From NCBI RefSeq assembly GCF_018350175.1, contig NC_058368.1:79238001-79302000 (forward strand): 64,000 nt of DNA, in the 5' to 3' direction. The notes beneath the pieces are model-generated. The model saw only the letters and a list, made by a program, of their open reading frames with translations, did no database searches and was not told the origin of the DNA. Below, piece by piece: positions 26,026-38,500 of this stretch. Position 1 is the stretch's first letter; every line of letters begins with the position of its first letter. The position numbers and the translations under genes were made by a program. Origin of the DNA: Felis catus (Eukaryota).

Positions 26026-26254
26026 TACTATAAGAAGTTTTCAGCAAAACATTTTAGTAACTGCCTCGGTCCAAAATACAACTACGATCAACTTCTCGGT
26101 AGAAACAATACTACCCAAAATATCATTACTCCACTTTCATGTTTGCTCTACCATTGACTTGAGGTGCAGCAAAGGGGAGGATAATTTTTTCCCACATTGC
26201 TCAACCTACACTTCATGTTAATGAGGCCCTTGGGATTGAAAATAAACAAATGCG

Positions 26255-26454
26255 GGTGGCTCAGTCAGTTAAGCATTTGACTTCAGCTCAGGTCATGATC
26301 TCGTGGTTCGTGAGTTCAAGCCCTGCACTGGGCTCTGTGCTGACAGCTTGGAGCCTGGAGCCTGCTTCCCATTCACTGTTTCCCTCTCTCTCTCTGCCCC
26401 TCCCCTGCTGGTGCTCTGTCTCTCTCTCTCAAAAATCAATAAACATTAAAAAAT
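26255..26454 (+). mobile_element. Can-SINE, slightly 5'-truncated
   Basis: 19-bp TSD TTGAAAATAA(A/G)CAAATGCG at 26236-26254 and 26455-26473; lacks the GGGGCGCCT head. Confidence 0.95.
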
Positions 26455-29400
26455 TTGAAAATAAGCAAATGCGTGCATATGTTAATAATGTTAATCCCCT
26501 TTGGTTTTGAGCCCAAGGAAAAAGAGGTTAAAGCCAAGTCCTATGTTAATGTCTTCCAATGAAGAAAACCGGAAACACAACCCAAGAGCACTTGACCAAG
26601 GAGTTGTTTCTGGAGATTATTACTTACGAAAGCTCAACAGGTAAACAGAGGCAGAGTACTTCAGAAGGAAGTTACTGCAGCAAAGTTAGGAACAAAAGAA
26701 GGATTATGGACTTTTAAGACCAAGGCTGTATTTAAGTACAGATTTCGAATCTCTTATTTTAACTTGAGTGCCCCTCAAGGCAAAGTAATGATGTTTACTG
26801 TTGTTAACTGCTGGTTTTAGCAATTCTTTAGGGAATGGAGGGAAATCTGTCAGTGCCCAGCTAGTGGGAGGTTCCTGTGTCCCACTGTCCCACTTGTGTT
26901 TACCCAACTCAAACTCCGGCCACAAGCTCTTCAGATCTCATCCAGTCAGAGAAATTAAGAGCAGAGACTTTCTCTATTATTTCGGTGCCCCAGGTTGAGC
27001 GAAACAGAGTATTATTGTTTCAGAGAGTGACTTCTCTTATGGACTTACCCAAGGAGAATATTCGTATTGTTTAGAAGGTCTGGGGATGCATAAGAATTTT
27101 GAGATTTCTGAGTTTCAGCCTCTGGCAGCCGGTTTTGTTTTTGTTCTTGTTTTCGTTGTTGTTGTTTCTAAAATATTCCTAAACACTTCCTCTCCAGAAG
27201 GCACGGCACGCTTGTGTGGGATCCCAGATTGCTCGGGTGGCTGCGGTAGGAGGTACCGTGGGCTTTCAAGGTAGTCCCCGGAGGAGGAGGCTGACACTGG
27301 CCACATACTGTCCTGGCTTCTGTGCCCAGATGCCCCCAACACCTGGCCTGGCTGCCCTCCTGGCTCCCGGCAGGCCCTTTCCTCCCTGTGAGCCATACTC
27401 ACTCCGACACGCTCTTGCGTTTTCCGGGTCAGGGCGACGCTCAGGCAAACGGGCTGTGTGGGAGTTGAAAGCGTTCCCGATGCTGCACAGGAAAGTTGTG
27501 GGCGCCACCACGGCCTGCAGACCAGAGCCATGAAAACGGAAATCTCTTAGTGCTTCTGCGGGAAAAGGCTACACAAACGCAGTTGCGGCAAAAGCTGCCA
27601 TGCGTGGAGATCTGATTAAACGTCCATTAGAAAAGAGAAATTCAAGAAAACCTGGCCAGAGAGAAAAGCTGGAAAACATATTAATGCGTGGCCTGGACTC
27701 GGCCTCAGCACGGCTCGTAGGGTCTCAAGGATTTCACGGGATTGCGCTGTAACGGATTTAATGCACAGCCTCCTCCCTCCCTCTTTTCTCCCTCCTTCCC
27801 TCCCTCTCTCCTCTCCTCTGTCTCTGTGTCTCCCTCTTGGACAATCTCAGACATAACGCTGTGCCGGTACAGATGGAAAGTCAGCTCAGGGAAGACACCA
27901 GGAGAGTAGAAAGCCAACGTGGGTGGAACTGTGGACAACCTGACAGCACCTTGAGGGAGACCTCAGAGGCCGGGGAGCTTCTGTGAATGGGGGACATCTT
28001 GGTGATCTTCGACAAACAGAGCAGGAGAAAAGAACGCAGATCCCAGAAGTGATTAAGTGGCGTTTCAATAACCACGTGAAACGGAAGTTCCCTTTGAGGC
28101 CAACTACAGACTGGTGAATTTGAAGTAGATCCCTGCGAAGAGTCTAGAACAGGTTGCTAAGATAACAGTCTGAAGAGGAAACCATGGTAACTAGGACCCA
28201 GGAAGGGGGGAGAGGATCGTTTCTTTCCTTGACAGGATTCCTAGACTCAGACTTCACGCCAATGTTTTAATGGGCAATTATGTGGACTTCCGTCACAGGA
28301 TATTACGTCCTTCCAGAGGAGACGAAAGTTCGAGATACGGCATTCGGACAAGCATCTTATCCAGCCAATGTGTTTTGTAAACACCTGCCTTGTTGCTTGG
28401 CAGCCTGGGCTACGCAGATGGGAAGACCTGGCCCCCACGCCGTGTTGGTGACGCTTCGGCTCAGAGAAGAGAATCGGGGACAAGGTAACAGCCACACGCG
28501 GAGCCCCCTGACCGATGCATCGGTGTCATTACGGAGAGAAGCGTGCAGTCTTCCGTTTGTGCTCTTGGGTGTTTTTCTCAGTGACTCAGTGCCGAGGTGG
28601 GAGACGTTTCCTCACACCCGTGAGTCCCAGAGGCACAAGGGACCCGGGGACGGCAAATACAATGGACGGCAGGGTCCGAATCCAAAACTCCTCTCAATGC
28701 CCTGCAGGCAAAAGCTGCAGTTTAGGGAGAGCGGGTGTGACGTCCCAGTCCTGAGCAGGGACGGTGCTCCTACCGGGTGGGGACCAGGGGGCATCAGGCT
28801 CCAGCGCGGGGCTGTGTGAGGCTCCCAGACCCTGCCTCTGAGAAGGGGTGGGAGGTGGGGGAGTGACTGGCACAGGGAAGGGAAGGGAAACTTCAGGGAG
28901 AGACAGGTGCTCCGGGAAGATAGGAAGTTAGGCCAGACAAACTCTGCGGCTCCGAGGGCGAAAATTTAGACAGCTGGGTGGACGCTCCCAGCACTGAGAT
29001 AAAGCAAAATAAAACAAACACAAGAAGATCGAGGAGCTCAGGGCCTGCTCAGGCCTCCAAATATGGAAATGTCTGTTCTCAGCCTTGGTGAGTTCATGAC
29101 TCAGGGGTTAAGATAAGAAGTTGGAATAATTAGCAAGGCAACGCTGGCAGGAATCTGGGCCTCGGATGTCCTCAGAGCGTCGCTTCCCCGGGGCTCCTGT
29201 CTGCACAGAGCAGCTTCGCAAAAAGACTCCGCCGTGGGCTCAGGCTAAATCTGGACCCTCGTGCTGGAGAAGGCATCCAAATGAGTGCATTTCTCAGCGG
29301 CTCGGAGTGTTTGGTGACCTCGCGTAGGAGGGCCCGATGAGTCGGGTGGCCCTGTGTCCTCTCCTCGGCTTGCATTCTCTGGGCCACATTTCTCCAAAAC

Positions 29401-29589
29401 CGGTCCCTCTGCTTTCACCTTAACGGGACCCATAGGTGTGCTACCGGAGATCCTAAAAAACTGAAAATTCTGATTCCTAGCCACAGCGCTGCCCGTGATG
29501 TCGTTCCTTACGTGTTTCCTCAGTCTACGACACTGCAAACGGTCAGACGACAAGGGAAGTGGGCACGTTGTGAAACGGAGGCGTGTGGA

Positions 29590-30210
29590 GGAGAGTTTGG
29601 AGGGAAATGGGATGAAAACAACACGCTATTGCGCACCAACATAGAGCGCAAGGAGGCTCCTCCGCGTGCCCTTAGAGGCGGTGGCTCCACTAGGTCGCTG
29701 CGCAGTGGACGAATGATTGTCTTTCCCGTAACGTCCCAGCAAACGGGTGGACCCAGGGAGTACAGCAGGATTTGCCCGGAGAGAGGTCTGAGGGGCAGGG
29801 GTGGGGGCATCCCAGGGGAACGCAAGGCCGCTGTGGGGGAGACAGGTGCACGCGTCACCCTTGGGACGCGGGTTACGGGTGTGGCACATGCCAGGTCTGG
29901 AAGTTGTGCACCCTAAATATGTGCGCTTTATATTTTGTTAAGTTTATTTATTTTTTTCGACAGAGAGATGGAGTGTGAGCAGGGGAGGGGCAGAGAGAGA
30001 GGGAGAGAGAGAGAGAGAGAGAGAGAGCGAGCCCCAAGCAGGTTCCATGCTGCCAGCAGACAGCCCAATTCAGGGCTCCCTCTCGCGAACTGTGAGATCA
30101 TGACTGGAGCCAAGATCAAGACTCAGATGCTTAACAGACTGAGCCATCCAGGTGCCCCAGTATGTGCACTTTATGATTGCCAGCCGTTCTTCAATAAAGC
30201 TGTTACAATT
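29590..30210 (+). mobile_element. Ancient L1M 3' end, split by a SINE
   Basis: ggttacgggtgtggcacatgccagg...ttgtgcaccctaaatatgtgc[SINE]...cttcaataaagctgtt terminus; left boundary uncertain. Confidence 0.6.
29932..30158 (-). mobile_element. Can-SINE
   Basis: TSD TATGTGC(G/A)CTTTAT at 29918-29931 and 30161-30174. Confidence 0.94.
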
Positions 30211-31199
30211 AAATCCATATCGCTTTTCTCCTAGAATGAGTTGGGGATTGCTCTGACCTGTTTGCATATTGCACCAAATGTGTATTCTACCAAATCCAAA
30301 ATCGGGTTACTATTTCTCCTTTCACTTAATTATCAGAGTAAATTTTCCAGCACTTTTCCTTATACCTTTTCAGGCTTCACAAATCGCTGAACCATTTTCT
30401 TCTTCCTTGTCGTTACGTCAGCTGGATTCCTCATTCAGCGGTATATCCTCACTCTGACTTCACTATCCTAGGTGCTTTTTGTCAGCATGAAGCGGGATAA
30501 AATGATCCAAATGTGTTTCCTTATGACGATCTGACTTCCTGCCCTTTGGTTTTCCTCGTGGAGGCTTACTTCGTCCGGCAGCCTTTGCTTTCCAGGAGGA
30601 CAGGAAGAGAAGGAAGATGATGCTGTCAGGAATTTGCTAAGCTGGGGGCTTTGCATGTGGCCCCAAATCGACTCTCTGCAGGGAAGGCACTCGTGGGATT
30701 TCAAGGTGTGGGCGAGTCGGACCGGTACTGGTCCGACTGCTGGTATTTGTTTGCTCTGCTGGGGATGATCCTGGAATCATTGTTCTTGGAATAGTGAGAG
30801 CAGGCAGAGAGTATTATTAGGCACCGGGCACCCGCTCTGGCTGTCAGATACCCACTCTGGGCTCCAGCGGCCCCCTCATCAGAGGGGCCCTGACAGCACC
30901 CAAGTCGCCCCTGGGGCAGCAGGACCTAGCTCAGCACCACTCAGCTCCTGACCACAAAGCATCCCTGTGCCTCGGTCCCCAGAGGTGGTCAGGACAGTGA
31001 ACACTCACTGTGATCTTTCCCACTTTCCACAAGGAATTTGAATTAAACCAGAACCGGATTACAAGCAACTATCCAATTGACTAATGGCTCCGATCACTCA
31101 GCTTGCCTGTGTAGAGATGTCCAAATGATTGACTGATTTTCAGCCCTTAACTTGTACTTCAACGAGGCAAATCTGGTCAACGTAGAATATCTTTTGCTA

Positions 31200-32030
31200 T
31201 AAAAATTCTCTTTTAAAAAATGCTATGTCTTGAAAATGTTCTAAGTATTCGACCTAGCATTTCACTACTGGGTGGGGGGGGGTGGGTTGTCTATCTGAAT
31301 GTTGCAATCAGAAACACACATGAAGGGGGTACCTGTGTGGCTCAGTCAGTTAAGCATCTGACTTCAGCTTAGGTTGTGATCTCATGGTTCCTGAATCCGA
31401 GCCCCGTGTCAGGGTCTCTGCTGTCAGCGCAGAGCCTGCTTTGGATCTTCTGCCCCGTCTCTCTCTGCCCCTCCTCTGCTCATGTTCTCTGTCTCAAAAT
31501 AAATAAAATAGAAAAAAAAAGAAAGAAAGAAAAAAAAAGAAACACATATAAGGATTTACATAAGTGATTTAATTGTTAAAATTTTATTATGCTAATATTT
31601 GTAGTAAATTACAGTGAGAATATTTACATTATTTACATTAATGAACATTGGAAAGAGCCAATCTTTGAGTTATATAAACCTGCTATTGATGTGTCCATCT
31701 TATAAAATGTGTAGATGTTAAAAACATATTTACTAAGAAATTTTAGTGATATGGAAAAGACTATACAGTAGAGTGTTAAAAATTAGTGACATTCGTGCAG
31801 AATTAATTGAATAAATCAGCTGATGCTGACCCAGTATACACCACGGTGCCTGACTGATGCCCAATCAATGCTCATAATCACCTCGACCAATGCACACCTG
31901 GACACTAGAAAAAAAGTCAGGCTATGGAACACAGCCTTCAGAACAGGATTTCTGGTAATTTCATTTTTTATATCCTTGTGCATTTTCTAAATTGTGTGCA
32001 GTGATTTTATAATATAATTAAAACGAAATT
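31200..32030 (+). mobile_element. Ancient L1ME-like fragment, split by a SINE
   Basis: ttcgacctagcatttcactactggg...; A-rich degenerate 3' UTR ending tgcattttctaaattgtgtgcagtgattttataat. Confidence 0.5.
31326..31537 (+). mobile_element. Can-SINE
   Basis: SINE body; degenerate TSD agaaacaca..aagg. Confidence 0.93.
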
Positions 32031-32095
32031 ATCTACAGAAAGGGGGGGAACTATACGTGCATGGCCACACATTTTTGAAACAACAGCAAAGATTT

Positions 32096-32305
32096 GGGGC
32101 GCCTGGGGGCTCAGTCGGTTGAGCATCCGACTCTTGGTTTCAGCTCAGGTCGTGCAGTTCGTGGGTTCAAGCCCTGTGTCAGGCTCTCTGCTGTCAGCAT
32201 GGAGCCCACTTCGAATCCTCTGTCCCTCTCTCTGCCCCTCCCTTGTTCATTCTCTCTCTCTCAAAAAAAAAATAAACATTTAAAAAAAGTGAAAAAATTA
32301 AAAAA
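32096..32305 (+). mobile_element. Can-SINE
   Basis: GGGGCGCCTGGGGGCTCAGTCGGTT head; TSD aacagcaaagatt / aacagtgaagatt. Confidence 0.94.
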
Positions 32306-32547
32306 AAACAGTGAAGATTTCATTCTGATATTCACAAATGAGACAGAGGACTGAAGCTGTCATGCGGTAAAAATAAAACCCATGATTTAACCTCCAGTGT
32401 GAACTTTTCTTTCAAAGGTAGTTGTTATTAGCTTTACTGATTGACTTAATTGTTCTGAAAATTTTTTGAGTTATTTAAATCTACTGATTACTACCCGGGA
32501 GCTTACTGGTTAAGAGAGTTTTGCCTTTCCAAAATTTATTTATTGGG

Positions 32548-32551
<4 letters not shown>

Positions 32552-32602
<51 letters not shown>
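32552..32602. repeat. Compound (TG)n(AG)n microsatellite
   Basis: Direct reading. Confidence 0.96.
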
Positions 32603-33412
32603 CCTCATGCGTACATCCACGTATTTTCTTCTCAAAGGTGTATTTTGCCCCATGCAGGGGTTTTTACGACAGATTGATTTGTGATGGGCTATCAACAATT
32701 ACATGAAGTGGACACTAAAGTGACCTACCGGGAAAACGCCGTCCTTTGGTGCCTCCCAGGAGACCTGCTGGTGTGAGCTTAAGCCCCCCCTCCTCCTGAG
32801 CTCTTAACTTGGCGTTGGGCAGCTCATGCACATCTGTGCGGTTGCCGTGGACCTTCCGTGGGCTCCCTGGCTCTCCCTCTCCTTTGCGAAGGGGGCGGTG
32901 GGGACACTACCCTTCAAACTGCTGAATGAGCTCTTAAAATCAGGAACAGTCTGAATTCTTTTAAGGAACATTGTTTCCAGCAGCCCCTGAACTGTGGTCT
33001 GCGTGTGTTCTTGTCTCCACTTGTCCCCCAGGCCCTGCTGACATCGGAGCCTCGGGCTCAGGGTGGCCCTGTCTTGCCCTGGGCCTCTGAGCCGCCGTGG
33101 AATGCTTCCCGCAGAAATGAGGCCACAGCTCAGGAGCGTTGCTAAGCACAGAACATTTGATTCTCTGCTTGTCATCAATTCCCAGAATACGTGTGTTTCT
33201 GTGCTCACTTCCTGATACTTAGAAAGGGCATTGAAACAATGGATAAACCACCCCTAATAAGTCACCGGGCGCAGTGAAATCATTTGCCACTGAAAACTTG
33301 TTACTCAAACCTGCATGATTACAAAGGAGGAAAAGCCACTGGCCTTCTCCAGTTATTGCTACATGATTGCAAAAGCTCAGTGGGTTAAAGTTGTTATTTT
33401 TCTTCAGAAATT

Positions 33413-33558
33413 CATAAGAGGCTCTTAAAAACTGAGAACAAACTGAGGGTTGATGGAGGGTGGGTGATGGGCATTGAAGAGGGCATCTTTTGGGATGAGC
33501 ACTGGGTGTTGTATGGAAACTAATTTGACAACAAATTTCATATATAAAAAAAAAAAAA
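33413..33558 (+). mobile_element. 5'-truncated felid L1 3' UTR with poly(A)
   Basis: cataagaggctcttaaaaactgagaacaaactgagggttg...gggatgagcactgggtgttgtatggaaac...aaatttcatatat(A)n. Confidence 0.92.
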
Positions 33559-33784
33559 CTCTATTTGCCGGAGAACACAGACTGCACCATTTCCGTGGCT
33601 CGTACTGATAACTCCGTAATACGGGCTGTTTTCAGAGGCAAATAAATTTGCAAAATCAGACCTCATCTTCCAGATTATGCTGCCTTAGCTACAAATATCA
33701 ACAAAGTCAGCAAATAAACAAGTCTCAAAGGAGCTTTCTAGCAAGTTCTGCTAACTTGGATTCCCTTGGGAAGAATTATACTGT

Positions 33785-33910
33785 TTATTCACTCATCTGT
33801 TAATGAAAACACTAAATATGCTTTGCGAACCTACTGTGAGCAGTGCACTGTGCTAGGTGGGAGAGGAGACACACAGAGGCACAAAAGACAGCCCGGAATG
33901 TCATAGAGGA
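33785..33910 (-). mobile_element. L2 3' end fragment
   Basis: ttattcactcat...acctactgtgagcagtgcactgtgctaggtg. Confidence 0.6.
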
Positions 33911-33966
33911 GGTAAATTATATATGCAGATACCTAAAAAATAAGAGAGAGAAGGTAATTCCCGTCT

Positions 33967-34189
33967 TTCCTTTTTATTTAAAAAAAAATGTCTCTTTTAA
34001 TGTTTATTTATTTTTGAGAGAGAGAGAGCAGGGGAGGGGCAGAGAGAGAGGGAGACCCAGAATCCCAAGCAGGCTTCAGGCTCTGAGCTGTCAGCACAGA
34101 GTCCAACGCAGGGCTCGAACCCATGAACTGCGAGCTCATAGCCTGAGCTGAAGTTGGACACTCAACCGACTGAGCCGCCCAGGAGCCCC
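33967..34189 (-). mobile_element. Can-SINE
   Basis: TSD aaggtaattcccgtct / aaggtaatgcccatct. Confidence 0.94.
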
Positions 34190-34824
34190 AAGGTAATGCC
34201 CATCTAAGGAAAACCCAGAAAAAGTCAGAAACCCCACCCTCTCCTGGACCCTCCATATTCTATTCTGTCTGTGCCTGACAATTTCCTCCTCCTTCTCTTC
34301 CTCCTTGGAGTAAATGGCACCATGCCAGCCTCCTAGGTGGCCCTGAACACCTGCCCTTGTTCACTTCCATTAAGTTCCCCCCTACTGCAGTAAGTATAGT
34401 TTAAAAGCCCAGATCTCATCACTGAAATAGCTGCATAAAACCTTACATAGCTTCCCATTACATTGTAGAATAAAGACTCAAATTCTCACCATGGCCCACC
34501 CCGTCATGGGTGCTGACGTGGATGGCTGGCCCCTCCCACCTCTTCAGGCTCATGCTGTGCCACGCCCCCTCTTCTATGCTGCTAGAGCCACAGTTTGGGG
34601 ATCTCTGAATGTGCTACATCCTCTCCCATTTTAGGGTCTTTGCGATACCACTCCCCACACCTGGAATAGCCTCATTCCACGGTGTCTAAAATTCCACGTC
34701 TTCCTGCTGACCTCAGCTACATGTCGAGTACCCCTCAAAAAACTCCTTTATGTCACTAGACTAGATTAGATTATACACTCTTAGAGCATCCTGCATTTTT
34801 TGGGGGGTTATTATTTGCCCTTAT

Positions 34825-35560
34825 TTTAATTAGACCCGACTGTGTGTGACAGAAGAGTTGAAATACCAATGGCTTAAAACAATCCTATACTTTCTTATCT
34901 AAACAGTTCAGTGCCAGATAGAGCCAGATGAAGCTCTGAAGGTGCCAGGGACCCAGGGTCCTTCCAGAACCTTACCCTGATGAGGCTCAACGTTTGGCTT
35001 CCACCATATTGTCCGTGATGGTCAACCAAGCTCCCGAGTCCAAACTGCGTTCCAAGCAGCATGATGAGGAAATAGGGAAAGGAGAGCCATGCACCCTTAC
35101 TTTAAGAATACATTCCACCCCTTGGCTCCTTTTCCCCCTAGAAAAAAGAAAAAAAAAAAAAAAAGAATACATTCCAGGGGTGCCTGGGTGGCGCAGTCGG
35201 TTGGGCGTCCGACTTCGGCTCAGGTCATGATCTCACGGTCCGTGAGTTCGAGCCCCACGTCGGGCTCTGTGCTGACAGCTCAGAGCCTGGAGCCTGCTTG
35301 GGATTCTGGGTCTGCCTCTCTCTCTGCTCCTCCCCTGCTCATCCTTTGTCTCTCTCTCTGTCTCAAAAATAAATAAAAAGATTTTTAAAAAAAGGAATAC
35401 CTTCCATAAACTGTACATGACACTTCCGTTTACAAACCATTGGCTTGAACTGATTCACCTGTCACACCTAGCTGCAAAGAAGTCTAAAAATATTGTCAAC
35501 AACAGGTGGCCAGTGCCCAGCCAATAATAAGGGTAGACAGGGGATGAAGCTACTAGGGGT
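34825..35560 (-). mobile_element. Old MLT1 LTR (MLT1I/J-like) nested in the L2
   Basis: aatggcttaaaacaa...agggacccagggtccttcca...acacttccgtttacaaaccattggc...acacctagctgcaaagaagtct. Confidence 0.65.
35177..35392 (+). mobile_element. SINEC_Fc
   Basis: Full body; TSD aagaatacattcca / aggaataccttcca. Confidence 0.95.
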
Positions 35561-38500
35561 GTCTTCTCCTTCATAGCACCTTCTCTAGATTGTAAACTCC
35601 ATGAGGACAAGACCAGATCACTTTACTCACTACTGTCTCCCTGGAGCCCACCTGGCATACTTCCAGTACATCCTAGATGATCCAAAAATATTGATGGACG
35701 GATGGATGGATAGATGGATGGATGGATGGATGGATGGATGGATGAAAGCTTTATGGCTTTCCAGAGACAGAACTTACTCCATTCAGATTGGAGGGAGCAA
35801 GGGAAGTGAATGGGAAGTGTCATCTTGAGGGTATTACTTGGACTGGAATAAAAGAGTTGACCCGTTGCCCTCGCAGAGGTAGGATATGAAACTTCCAGCC
35901 AGAACAATGATGGGAATAAGGGCCCAGAAAGAGGCAGCCTCAAAAGAAGAGGGAGGAAAAGTAAGAAAGACACAGCGAAGTGGAGAAATGTAAGAAAATA
36001 TCAGAAATGTAGACGGGGCCAAGATTGCAGAGCATTGTTTAGAGAGTGGAGGCACGTCCTGGCTGTGAGGGGCGTATGCAGGGCACCGGTCTCAAGCAGT
36101 GTCGGTGTACGGGCATAAATTCATCCCAGAGCGCACAGGTCACACATGGAAATCATTCCCACGGGACCTCCACCCTGTAGCATCTTCCTAAGCCCTGCAC
36201 TTGCCTCATATTTCATTAAGAAGACAGAATGGGGGAGGAGCTCACTCACTGCCACCAGCCAGACAGCGTGGTGCTCCCATGTCTCTCTCCCTCCTCAGCT
36301 TCCAGTGATGAGGCGATCTTCTTCACACCGATGGTCAACCATTGGTATCCCCCACACCATGCCTCCTCTCCTCCTGCAGATAGATACCTCCTCCCCCTGC
36401 CACATCTCCGCTTTCTCTGCACTGGCTCGTTTCTACCTGCATACAAATGTGTTTGGCTTCTTTTATTAAAAAAATAGAAACCTCGTGATTTCTTATTTCT
36501 GTCCGGTAACATCCAATGTCTTGGCTCCCTTGGATGACAAAGCTTCCTGAAAGGATCTGAGCCTTCCTCTTCACTTTCTTCACCTCTCACTCTGGCCAGA
36601 CCCTCTCCCCTGTGGGCTGGTCTCTTCCCAGAGGGTGTCCTTTCCCGGGGGACGACCGGTGGTCATACTGCTGGCCCTAAGGTCTCACTGCCCCTCCCCA
36701 ACTCTCCAGGCCTCTGAGCACACAGCAATATGCTTCACCTATTGAAACATGTCTTCTCTCGGCCTCCAGAACCCCATCTCCAATATTTGCCCCACATCAC
36801 AGTCCCCTTGGCGTAGAGTCTGGGTGGGACTCTTTCCCCGTCCTTTCTTTCCAGATTACCCATTTCTGTCCACTGACTTTAACCAATCTGTATACCAATG
36901 ACTCTCTGGCACTGTTTTATGATCTTTTTTGTGACAAGAAAAGGTGGATCTAAATTAAATGCCTACTGAATCACTTTTTCCCAGGAATAAAGATGCCTGG
37001 AAGAGGGCTATAAAATCTGAGAGAAGTAACAACTTCCTGGGTAAAGAGACCATCACAATTTTCCCTCTGATGCCTTTGCTCTTCAGCATGAAAGGAGGGA
37101 CTGTTGGCAAGGGCCACAGCCCAACAGGTAGAGAACGAGGACCGTCCTGGGCACCAGGGAAAGCTCTGGCAAGGAAACTGAAAATAGTATGCGCTGAGAA
37201 AAGAAAGGCGAGAATATGGTGAGACCTCTTGCAATCATGTTACAATGAAAGAGCTCAGTGGACAAACAGTATGTAGCAGACTAAAACACATTGAAAAAAA
37301 GATGCCGCAAAAACGTAAATGAAACGAAGGAAAAGGGCAGCGCTGGAAATTTAAACATCCCTGCAAATAGGCAGTGCTGTGAGCACAGGGCAGAGAAACA
37401 AACAAAAAAAAATTGCACGGGGTCTCGTTGTAGAAAGACTAACAGGTTCAGAGTAACTTGTTTAAACAACCCTGAGTATCGGCCTCCGCGTGAAGGACTC
37501 ACACACACACACAAGCAGGGCTGTGTGGGGGATACCTCAGCCACACCATGGAAGATACTTTGCAGATGCTCATCCTTAGTTCATCTTGACACAATATTAA
37601 GCAGCAATTTGTCTTCTGATTATTCACTTAAGGCAACTCAGATAGAAAACAACAGACAGCTTCCAATGCCATGGATCATCGCCGATGGGAGGGGAAGTCG
37701 CGCAAACAAGGAATCGATGATTAATGATAGGAAATTGCAAAGCAAAGAGAGAGGTCATATTGCATAGGCATAGAGCGAAGGAGGGTAGATGAGTTATAAT
37801 CCCATCCTGCTGCCCTCAGCTCTATTGATTTTTCCACTCCTTAAACATGAAAACTGAAGAAAGGCCAAGGGAATGACTCCAACAGATTTTTTTTTTAATC
37901 TTTGGTTTGAGTGGAACCCATTAGGGCCCATCATGCTTGATGGACAGGTGAACGTGTGGATCTTTCATGCGGTAACAAAGCAAAGTTGTGCCTGCTTCGC
38001 TTCCTTTGTGCTTTGGAAAATGGCCCAGTCATTTGAACTCCTCTGAGAGGGGATTTGGGGAGAAAGCAAGGGGAACGTGAGGCAGGGAGGGTGCCCCAGG
38101 CAGCACACTGATCCAGAGCCCAGCAAACCTCTAGGGGCTTGGGTGCCTGCCGCTCGCTGGCCCCATTGCACACGCGACAGAGCACTGCCCGAGAGTTCTT
38201 TAAGAAAATGGCGATTTTTTCTCCCACAAAATAACACGACATTCAGTTTCACCCAATATTCACACCTGGCCTTTGAAGGTCAAAGAGGCGGCTGTGTGTT
38301 TTATTTTATTAATGGTGAGAGAAGAGTACCAACGTGGGACAGCGCTCGACACCTGTTATATGATGTGCACTGTGATTTAGAGGACCCTAAGGAAAAACGT
38401 CAAACGTGACCTATGTCATACAAAACAAAGCAGAGATAATCTCTCTGTAGTAGAATTGTCTCGATCATATCATATCCCCTGGTCAACCAACAGTCTTTAG

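Larger units (their letters stand above)
34320..35743 (+). mobile_element. L2 3' region interrupted by an MLT1 LTR, ending in a (GGAT)n tail
   Basis: gcttcccattacattgtagaataaagactcaaattctcaccatggcc...agggtctttgc...cctggaat; resumes tagattgtaaactccatgaggacaag...(GGAT)n. Confidence 0.7.
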
